This document shows positions 9,637 through 16,964 of a stretch of DNA of 64,000 bases, one piece after another. The notes under the pieces were generated by a model, which did no database searches, was not told the origin of the DNA, and saw only the letters and a program-made list of their open reading frames with translations. Both the position numbers and the translations under genes were made by a program. Source of the DNA: Thermomicrobiales bacterium (GTDB lineage: Bacteria > Chloroflexota > Chloroflexia > Thermomicrobiales > CFX8); contig JAWKPC010000002.1 in assembly GCA_041390865.1 (NCBI GenBank), positions 214,022 through 278,021 of the forward strand, given 5' to 3'. Within the stretch, counting starts at the first letter, position 1, and each line of letters starts with the position of its first letter.

Positions 9637-11883
9637 CTAGAGTCCAGATTCCGCGAGAATCTGATTCTTCTGTTCCGTTGTCAGATAGCTGCTGCCGGTC
9701 CCGCCCGGTGTCCGGGCAAAATCGGCAAGCCTCCAGTACGGGGTGTCTTTCCAGCGCCAGCGCAGCTCTGAACCATCCGGCGTATCGAACCAGAAGCGGT
9801 TGTTCTGTCCCCGATTGTTCGAACCCTGAGACGTAAGCGGTCCGTTCCAGTCCTCCAGCCAGGCCATTGCATAGGTGTTCCAGCCGCTGTCATGAGACAT
9901 GATGATGACGTTGTCGTGGACGTAGTTCTCGGTGACGTCGTTCCACTGCGAGCCGCGATTCTGCGAGATGATCGAGATGCCGTCCTCATTCCAGGCGACG
10001 ACGTTGTCGTAGACCTCGGTGTCTTTCGAGTTCTGCAGCACGATCCCGGCACCGAAGCCCCAGGCATCGAAGCCGCCGCCGTTGTTGTAGATGACGTTGC
10101 CGTGGATCCGGCCTCGGAAGGAGAGTTCGAACAGGACGCCCTGACGGGCGTTGTGATGGAGCCGGTTGTTGCGAATCGTGATGTCGGTGCTCGAGACATC
10201 AGACCAGACGCCCGGGCCGTTGTTGTTGAAGATCTCATTCCCCTCGATCACGACGTTTCGAGTCTGTTGGGACGAGCTGCTCATCTTGATCCCGCCGGCT
10301 TCCCAACCGGGATCGAATCGACCTGCCTGATTGCTCCCGGAGATGCTGTTGCCGGAGACAGTGCCCGAATCCACGGCCTCGAGCCGAATACCGAGCTGCC
10401 CACTGCCACGAATGTCGTTGTCCAGGATGCGGATATTCGATCCCTGACGGATGTCGATGCTAACGGCGCCGGCATCGCGGAACGTGTTGCCTCGGATCGT
10501 CCAGTCGCTATAGCCGTTGTTCCTCAAACCACCGAACTGGCTGGAGTTCGAGGTGTTGAGGAACTCGAAGCCCTCGATCGTCACGCCGTTCGCGAAGCCG
10601 ACTATCCAGGTATTCCGGCTCTCACCGTCGATGACCGCGCCAGGTTCGCCGCGCAAGGTTATCGGCTTCGAGATGGAGATCGATTCCCGGTAGACGCCTG
10701 CCGGGACAACGACGGTCGAACCCGGAGCGGCGGAATCGACCAGCGCCTGGATGCTCGCCGGCTGTGTAGGAGTTGTCGGAGTAGCTGTTGCCGTGGCAGT
10801 GGGAGCAGGGGTCGCGGTTGCCGTCGGCGTCGGATTCGCGGACCCGCTGGTTCGGATTACCTCGAACCCGCTCAGCTTCGGATAGTCGACGGCGCCCCTC
10901 GCAATAGCAATCTGAAGAACTCCGCCGGTGACATTCACCGGAACGTGCTTGTCGAGCGCAGTCATCGGAGCGGTCTCGCTCAGGATGTCGAAATCCGTCA
11001 GGACTCTTGCGCCGTTGAGCGAGACGTTGAACATGCGCTGGCCCGGATAGGAGAACCAGATCTCGGCAAAGAGCAAACGCACGTCGTAGCTGCCATTCTC
11101 GAGCGGAATCGAGTAGCTGAATTCTCCCCAGCGTTCGGAAGCGTAGAGGCCATCGTCCGCGGTTCCGGCGATCGAACTGTTTACCGCGTACGTTCCACCG
11201 CCCGAAGATCCGCTGTCAGCCTGCCAGGCCAGGCCGCGGCTGTCCGTCAGCGCTGGACCTCCCACATTTACGCGAACGACGCTCTGCCCGGGCTGTGCCG
11301 CAGTTGCCGAAGGCGTCGGTGATGGGGTGGAAGCCGGTTGAGTCGGCGCAACCGTTGACGTCGGCGTCACGGTCGGCGCGACGGTGGCGGTAGGCGTCGG
11401 CGATGGGGTACCGGTAACCGTCGGGACCGGCGTCGAGGTGGCAGTCGGTGTTGGAGCGGGCGTAGCCGTCGATGGGCTTTCGACGACGAATGTCCCGAGC
11501 ACCGCCTGCTCGATCATCGCACCATCACTCGTTACGGACGCTGCCACGGAGTGGGACCCGACCGAGACAGCGGATGTGACCGGGATCGTGGTCTCAAAGC
11601 TTGCGCCGCGATAGCGAGAGACGCTGACATCACTCCAACGATCGACCTCGACGCCGTCGACGAGAACGGCCACGTCAAAGGCGAGAGCCTCCAGCCCGCG
11701 CCCGGACAGATCGACGCTAACCCGCACGGTATCGCCACGGGCAACCGTCGCCGGGGCAACGCCGCCGGAAACGTTGAGATTCACCCCGGCCGCCGCAGGA
11801 TCCGGCGACCACATGGCAGCAAAGAACATAGCCATCAATACTGCAACCAGCGTGAGCCGATTCCAGCGCGCAGAAAAAAGCAT
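9637..11883 (-). CDS. Secreted multidomain protein: Ig-like (CARDB-like) + PT-rich linker + malectin-like carbohydrate-binding domain + PT linker + right-handed beta-helix (paralog B)
   Basis: Signal/TM segment LTLVAVLMAMFFAAMW. The malectin-like block is VVRVNVGGPALTDSRGLAWQADSG...YASERWGEFSYSIPLENGSYDVRLLFAEIWFSYPGQRMFNVSLNG...FDI. The beta-helix core is GVWSDVSS..NRLHHNARQGVLFELS..VVAWNEDGISIISQ. Confidence 0.85.
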   Translation of the reverse strand: MLFSARWNRLTLVAVLMAMFFAAMWSPDPAAAGVNLNVSGGVAPATVARGDTVRVSVDLSGRGLEALAFDVAVLVDGVEVDRWSDVSVSRYRGASFETTIPVTSAVSVGSHSVAASVTSDGAMIEQAVLGTFVVESPSTATPAPTPTATSTPVPTVTGTPSPTPTATVAPTVTPTSTVAPTQPASTPSPTPSATAAQPGQSVVRVNVGGPALTDSRGLAWQADSGSSGGGTYAVNSSIAGTADDGLYASERWGEFSYSIPLENGSYDVRLLFAEIWFSYPGQRMFNVSLNGARVLTDFDILSETAPMTALDKHVPVNVTGGVLQIAIARGAVDYPKLSGFEVIRTSGSANPTPTATATPAPTATATATPTTPTQPASIQALVDSAAPGSTVVVPAGVYRESISISKPITLRGEPGAVIDGESRNTWIVGFANGVTIEGFEFLNTSNSSQFGGLRNNGYSDWTIRGNTFRDAGAVSIDIRQGSNIRILDNDIRGSGQLGIRLEAVDSGTVSGNSISGSNQAGRFDPGWEAGGIKMSSSSQQTRNVVIEGNEIFNNNGPGVWSDVSSTDITIRNNRLHHNARQGVLFELSFRGRIHGNVIYNNGGGFDAWGFGAGIVLQNSKDTEVYDNVVAWNEDGISIISQNRGSQWNDVTENYVHDNVIIMSHDSGWNTYAMAWLEDWNGPLTSQGSNNRGQNNRFWFDTPDGSELRWRWKDTPYWRLADFARTPGGTGSSYLTTEQKNQILAESGL

Positions 11884-12030
11884 AGAGCCCTCCTGAACAG
11901 AGAGATTTTGCGTTCATAGATTGTCAAATCTGCGGTTCCCCAACCGTCTTGTCTGGCAGGATACGCCAGGGTAAGCGAACAATCAACCATGCGTAGATAG
12001 TTCGTGACCTTGCTGCCCGGATTTCCCGAG

Positions 12031-12065
12031 CACAAAGAACCCCGCCCGGACGAATCCGGGCGGGG
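12031..12065 (-). terminator. Rho-independent terminator downstream of 12096-14450
   Basis: An 11-bp stem CCCCGCCCGGA / TCCGGGCGGGG (12040-12065) with loop CGAA, followed on the minus strand by TTCTTTGTG. Confidence 0.65.
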
Positions 12066-12095
12066 ATCTTTTCGGCTGACGCTAGCGGGCTGGCA

Positions 12096-14450
12096 CTACA
12101 GTCCAGCGCTGGCAAGCACCTGATTCTTCTGCGAGTTTGTCAGGTTCTGGCTGCCCTGGCCGCCGGGCGAGGTACTGAAGTTACTGGCGGTCCAGTAGCC
12201 TTCGTCAACCCAGCGGAAGCGCAGCTCAGAGCCTTCAGGTGTCGAGAACCAGAACTTGTTGTTATAGCCCCGATTGTTCGACCCGGAATTGTCGAGCGCG
12301 CCATTCCAGTCTTCGAGCCATGCCATCGCGTAGGTGTTCCAGCCACCATCATGGTTGGCGATGATCGTATTGTCGTGAATCGTGTTGCCGGTCACGTTGT
12401 TCCAGCGCGACTCGCCGCGATTCTGAGAGATCACTGTGATTCCATCAGGATTCCAGGCAACGATGTTGTTGTAAACCTCGGTATCGCTGGAGTTCTGGAC
12501 CATGATTCCGGCTCCAAAGCCCCAGGCGTCGAAGCCTGTCGCGTTGTTGTAGACGACGTTGCCATGAATCCGGCCACCGAAGGACAGTTCGTAGATAATT
12601 CCTGCCCGGCTATTGTGGTGGACGCGGTTGTTGCGGATCTCGATATCCTGGCCATCGACGTCGATCCAGATGCCCGGACCGTTGTTGTCGAAGGCCTCGT
12701 TGTTCTCGATCACCAGGTTGCGGACGCCGCCGTAGTTGCCGGTGATCTTCATCCCGCCGGCTTCCCAGCCCGGATCGAGGTTCTTCGTGTTGTTGCCCGA
12801 GGTCTTGTTGCCCCGGATCGTGCCGCTACCGACGCTCTCGACGCGGATGCCGACGTTGCCGGAGCGGGTCACGGTGTTGTTCTCGATCAGATGGCCGGAG
12901 CCCTGCTTGATGTCGATCGCCGCGTTTCCAGCGTCGCGGAACGTGTTATTCCGGATCGTCCAGTTGCTGTAGCCGTCATTCGACAGGCCGCCATGGTACT
13001 GCGGCTGGTTCGAGTTGATGAACGTGAAGCCTTCGATCGTGACGTTGTTGGCCTGCCCAACGATCCAGCGGTCGCGGTTCTCGCCGTCGACGATGACGCC
13101 GGGATCAGCGATAAGCGTGATCGGCTTGTTGATGTAGATCTTCTCGCGATACGTGCCGGCCGGAACTCGTACGGTCGCGTTCGGGCTCGCGGCATCGATC
13201 ATCGCCTGGATCGTCGTGCCCGGTGTTGCGGTCGACGTCGGTGAGGGGGTCGGCGAGGGCGTTGCTGTCGGAGACGGGGTAGCCGTGGGAGATGGGGACG
13301 GCTGCGGCGTTGCGGTCGGGCCGTCCGTCGGAACCTGTAGCGCGTCAGACTTCAACAGCTCGATGCCGCTCAGCTTGGGCTCATCGACCGGCGCCGATGG
13401 CATCGTAATGCGGAGCTTGCCGTCGGTCACCGTAACGGGAACGATCCGGTCAAGAGCGGACATGCGAGCGGTTTCCGACAGGATGTCGAGATTCGAGATG
13501 GCCGGCTGTCCGTTGACGTAGACGCTGAAGATACGCTCGCCGGCGTTGTGGAACCAGACCTCGGCAAAGAGCAGCCGCAGGTCGTAGGCGCCGTTCTCGA
13601 CATCGAATGTGTAATTGAACGTGCCCCAGCGCTCGCTCTGGTAGACGGTGTCGTTCACCGTCCCAGCGATCGGATCGGTGACGCTGTAGGCAGCGCCACC
13701 GGAAAAGTTGGTGTCCGCTTGCCAGGTCAGGCCGCGGCTATCAACGAACGACGGCCCACCGGCATTGACCCGGAGGATGCTCGAAGAGTTGTCCGGATGC
13801 TGCATCGGCGGTGCTTCCGGCTCGTCAGTTTCGGTCGCGGTCGCGGTAGGAGACGGTTCGGTCGTCGCCGTTGCGGTTGGCGGAACCTCGGTTGCGGTCG
13901 CAGTCGGCGGGACCTGCGTTGCAGTTGCCGTCGGCGGAACCCGGGTTGCGGTCGCGGTGGGAGGAACATCCGTCGGCGTCGGCTCTGGAGCCTCGTCGCC
14001 AACGACTTCGAGGGTCGCAGCATTCCGCGCGTAGGCTACAAGGAAGTTGCCGTAGCGGACGCTGACATTGACACGGTAATTATCGCCTTCGGCAGCATTG
14101 TCAGGAACATTGAACTTCGTCTTGAAGCTGGAGACCCGACCGTACATCGACAGCCGGACATTCTGCCAGCTACCGGTCTTCAACGTCTCATCGTTACCAT
14201 CGACGACGTCGACCTGTACGGATACGGGAGCTGAAAACCGCGTAGCGCTGAGGTTCAGCTCAACGACGGCAGTGTCGCCCGGTTCGGCCTTGTTCGGAGA
14301 GAACTCGGCTTCGATATTGATCTGTCTCGTTCGCGCTTCTGCCGGTCCTGGGAGGAGGGGAAGAATGAGCGCCGAGAGTATGATGACGATCAGCACACGC
14401 ACGACGTTGTCGATGCGCGCAATTGAGCGCACGAGTGGCATAACGACCAC
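12096..14450 (-). CDS. Secreted multidomain protein: Ig-like + PT-repeat linker + malectin-like domain + PT linker + right-handed beta-helix (paralog C)
   Basis: Same architecture as 9637-11883. Malectin block: ILRVNAGGPSFVDSRGLTWQADTN...YQSERWGTFNYTFDVENGAYDLRLLFAEVWFHNAGERIFSVYVNG. Beta-helix core: GIWIDVDGQDIEIRNNRVHHNSRAGIIYELS. The start is GTG 14450 or ATG 14441; the latter lies 10 nt after a GAGG Shine-Dalgarno sequence. Confidence 0.85.
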   Translation of the reverse strand: MVVMPLVRSIARIDNVVRVLIVIILSALILPLLPGPAEARTRQINIEAEFSPNKAEPGDTAVVELNLSATRFSAPVSVQVDVVDGNDETLKTGSWQNVRLSMYGRVSSFKTKFNVPDNAAEGDNYRVNVSVRYGNFLVAYARNAATLEVVGDEAPEPTPTDVPPTATATRVPPTATATQVPPTATATEVPPTATATTEPSPTATATETDEPEAPPMQHPDNSSSILRVNAGGPSFVDSRGLTWQADTNFSGGAAYSVTDPIAGTVNDTVYQSERWGTFNYTFDVENGAYDLRLLFAEVWFHNAGERIFSVYVNGQPAISNLDILSETARMSALDRIVPVTVTDGKLRITMPSAPVDEPKLSGIELLKSDALQVPTDGPTATPQPSPSPTATPSPTATPSPTPSPTSTATPGTTIQAMIDAASPNATVRVPAGTYREKIYINKPITLIADPGVIVDGENRDRWIVGQANNVTIEGFTFINSNQPQYHGGLSNDGYSNWTIRNNTFRDAGNAAIDIKQGSGHLIENNTVTRSGNVGIRVESVGSGTIRGNKTSGNNTKNLDPGWEAGGMKITGNYGGVRNLVIENNEAFDNNGPGIWIDVDGQDIEIRNNRVHHNSRAGIIYELSFGGRIHGNVVYNNATGFDAWGFGAGIMVQNSSDTEVYNNIVAWNPDGITVISQNRGESRWNNVTGNTIHDNTIIANHDGGWNTYAMAWLEDWNGALDNSGSNNRGYNNKFWFSTPEGSELRFRWVDEGYWTASNFSTSPGGQGSQNLTNSQKNQVLASAGL
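13863..13970 (-). repeat. About four tandem 27-bp coding repeats (VPPTATATx)
   Basis: The protein reads DVPPTATATR VPPTATATQ VPPTATATE VPPTATAT. The periodicity is visible in the DNA as ggcggaacc..gttgcggtcgc units. Confidence 0.8.
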
Positions 14451-14494
14451 ACCTCACGTCTGTCTATGCGAGGAGTCAGTGGCACTGACGTGGT

Positions 14495-14605
14495 TCCTCG
14501 CTCGGTTTCGGCAGCCCGGCTATCCCAATCGAGGGACCCGTGGCTTTGCGCCCCCGCCTCACAGCGGGTTTGCCCTTCTCGACCCGGCAAACGAGCCGTG
14601 GTCTG
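14495..14605 (-). promoter_or_regulatory. c-di-GMP-I (GEMM-I) riboswitch-like aptamer in the 5' leader of 12096-14450
   Basis: The minus strand reads GAGAAGGGCAAACCCGCUGUGAGGCGGGGGCGCAAAGCCACGGGUCCCUCGAUUGGGAUAGCCGGGCUGCCGAAACCGAGCG. This contains GGCAAAC plus a hairpin whose loop holds a GNRA-type GUGA, the CGCAAAGC core, and ACGGGUC...GAUAGCCGGGCUGCC. All are hallmark GEMM-I blocks as I recall the consensus. No covariance-model search was run. Confidence 0.75.
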
Positions 14606-15145
14606 GATTCAATTGTCAGGTAGTCACGCGCAGAAGATAATGGCCGGTAGCGCTACTCTTCTCGAACAGACGTAGTGCCCCAGTACCATGATGGATCGGA
14701 ATGTCGAAGTCATTGCCCGTTTGGCAATGATTTGGAACGCGCTGATGGTTAGCATCAAGCTATGATTCGGGGCGAAATCCGGCCCGCCCGAGAGTCACGA
14801 AGTACCCAGCCGAGCGTACCGGGGCTCTGATCTAACCCCGCTTCCTGCGCCACTATTCGTCGTAGAAACTGATGCTGGCATCACCTCTGGCCGGTCGCTT
14901 GACGCGGAGATATAACTCTCTGGCGATCCGGTTACGCAACGGCAAGGAGCGGAGAGTGCTTCGAGACACCCGCAACCGGCGTCGCGTCTGTCGTCGCGTT
15001 CGGATCGGAACCTGCCCCGGACCAGGCTACCGGGCGCCCGGAAGACGCCGTGTTGTCGCAGGAGAATGGTTCATTCCGGACATCCAACCTGAAAGATGGA
15101 GATCGCCGACAGGCGCGGGACGCCAGTTCCGGGTCAACGTCCTGA

Positions 15146-15190
15146 AGAACAAAGAAAATCCCCTTCGCCGGAGCGACCGGTAAAGGGGAT
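15146..15190 (-). terminator. Rho-independent terminator downstream of the D-aminoacylase gene
   Basis: A long hairpin ATCCCCTT..CCGG-AGCGA-CCGG..AAGGGGAT (15158-15190), followed on the minus strand by TTTCTTTGTT. Confidence 0.7.
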
Positions 15191-15220
15191 TGAGTCAGTG
15201 TTCGAGCTGTCGCCGGGCTG

Positions 15221-16846
15221 CTATGCGCGCCCGGGTCCGTCGACGATGCGCCCGGCCATCGCGCCGGTATGCTCGCCATTTTCGATGACCCGGCTGCCGT
15301 TGACCCAGACATCGCGGATGCCGGTCGACAGCTGGTGCGGATCCTCGAATGTCGCGAGATCGGCGACGGTATCGGGATCGAGGACGACGACGTCGGCATA
15401 GGCGCCGGTGCGGAGAATGCCGCGATCGCGGACGCTGAGACGGTCGGCGACCGACGAGGTCATCTTGCGGATCGCATCCTCCAGCTCCAGGACGCCTTCG
15501 TCACGGACGTACTTCCCGAGAACCCGGGTGAAGGTGCCGTAGGCCCGCGGATGCGTCGGGAGCGTCTGGCCGGCCGGATCGACGCCGCCCGCGTCGGAGC
15601 TGATCTTGATCCACGGCTGCTTGAGCTGCAGGGCAAGGTTGTCCTCGCTCATCATGAAGTAGATCGTGCTGATGCGCTGCCCCTCGCTGGTCAGCAGGTA
15701 GCGCACGGTGTCGGCCCACTCCTCGCCGCGCATCTCGGCGATCTCGGGCAGCCGCTTGGCGATGTACTGCTGGTTCTCTTCCTGCATGAAGCCGACCGGC
15801 ATGATGCCGTCGCGATTCCGCGTACGGGCCATCGCCGTCGCGCCCGACGGCGGGTTCATCATGTCCTCGCGGATCTTTGCCCAGGTCGCGTCGTCGGCCA
15901 GGTTGTCGTAGAGCTTGCCGCCTTCGTGAGCCCAGCCGGGCACGAGAACGCTCAGTCCGGTCCCACTCGCGGGATAGGGATACATATCGGCGGTGACGTC
16001 GAGTCCCTCGGCCCGCGCCTCGTCGATCATCTCGATCGCCTTCGGCATCAGCGGCCAGGCCGGCTGGCCGGACGCCTTGAGGTGATAGATCTCGATGATG
16101 CAGCCCGAGCGGCGTCCGATCTCGATCGCCTCGCCGATGCCCTCGAGCAGCTGTTCGGATTCGTTGCGGACGTGGGTAATGTAGACGCCGCCATATTCGG
16201 CGATCGCTTCAGCGACGGCGGTCAGCTCGTCGGTCGTCGAGTAGCTGCTCGGCGGGTAGATCAGCGCCGGTGCGACGCCAAAGGCGCCGTCCTCCATCGC
16301 CTCCCGAGTGACCTTCTGCATCGCGGCGATCTCGTCGTCGGTGGGGTCGCCCATGTCCCAGCCCTTGGCATACTCGCGGACCGTCCCGCCGCCGATGAAC
16401 GAGCCGATGTTGAGCGACACGCCGCGGTCCTGCATGGCTTCGAGCCAGTCCCGGAAGCTGGTCCACTCTCTTGCCTGATCGGCCCAGACCCCGGCCTCGC
16501 CGCCAAGCATCCGGCCATTGAACGGCGCCTCGATCCGGCCGCCGAACGGCGCCGGCGTCCAGAGCTCGCCCATGACCTCTGTCGTGACGCCCTGGTGGGC
16601 TTTGGACACGAGCCGGCCATCCATCAGGAGCGGCATGATCGAATGGCTCTGGATATCGATGAAACCGGGGCAGACGACGTGTCCTTCGGCATCGATTACG
16701 GTCTCGGCGCGCCCGGGATCGATCTTTCCATGCGGCTCGATCGCCTCGATCTTGTCATCGGTGATCGCGACGTCGCCGTAGAACCAGGGATTTCCTGTCC
16801 CGTCGATCACCTTGCCGCCGCGAATCAGTATGTCGAAGGTTGCCAC
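15221..16846 (-). CDS. N-acyl-D-amino-acid deacylase (D-aminoacylase), amidohydrolase superfamily
   Basis: 541-aa ORF. N-terminus FDILIRGGKVIDGTGNPWFYGDVAITDDKIEAI...DAEGHVVCPGFIDIQSHS, and the C-terminal block GAYADVVVLDP is typical of this family. Confidence 0.85.
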   Translation of the reverse strand: MATFDILIRGGKVIDGTGNPWFYGDVAITDDKIEAIEPHGKIDPGRAETVIDAEGHVVCPGFIDIQSHSIMPLLMDGRLVSKAHQGVTTEVMGELWTPAPFGGRIEAPFNGRMLGGEAGVWADQAREWTSFRDWLEAMQDRGVSLNIGSFIGGGTVREYAKGWDMGDPTDDEIAAMQKVTREAMEDGAFGVAPALIYPPSSYSTTDELTAVAEAIAEYGGVYITHVRNESEQLLEGIGEAIEIGRRSGCIIEIYHLKASGQPAWPLMPKAIEMIDEARAEGLDVTADMYPYPASGTGLSVLVPGWAHEGGKLYDNLADDATWAKIREDMMNPPSGATAMARTRNRDGIMPVGFMQEENQQYIAKRLPEIAEMRGEEWADTVRYLLTSEGQRISTIYFMMSEDNLALQLKQPWIKISSDAGGVDPAGQTLPTHPRAYGTFTRVLGKYVRDEGVLELEDAIRKMTSSVADRLSVRDRGILRTGAYADVVVLDPDTVADLATFEDPHQLSTGIRDVWVNGSRVIENGEHTGAMAGRIVDGPGRA

Positions 16847-16964
16847 TCGGCACTCCCATTTCCAGTCTCAGAGACGTATCTATCTGGCGGGGCAGTGTAG
16901 CCCAGAAGGCAACGATGGCGGGCAGTTTGCCCGCCATCGTCTCTATGCTGAGCCTGGAACCGGA

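Noticed and set aside
9437-11948. Reading the GGGGAACC...ACAATCTA boxes as an ECF-sigma promoter (GGAAC -35, TCTA -10)
   Set aside because: The spacing between the two boxes differs by 2 nt between the two leaders. That is inconsistent with a fixed -35/-10 geometry. I kept it as a generic shared regulatory motif instead.
9892-13244. Long plus-strand ORFs 9892-11322 (476 aa) and 12351-13244 (297 aa)
   Set aside because: They are antisense shadows of the malectin/beta-helix genes. The sequences are low-complexity and Arg/Asp/Val-rich, with no recognisable domain.
13863-13970. A CRISPR-like array or other repeat-spacer structure
   Set aside because: The only regular short tandem repeats are in-frame 27-bp units coding a PT linker. 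The E1-E3 hairpin repeats are inverted pairs at irregular distances, without uniform spacers or cas genes.
15269-16900. 543-aa plus-strand ORF
   Set aside because: It is an exact antisense shadow of the D-aminoacylase gene, which has unambiguous amidohydrolase motifs on the minus strand.
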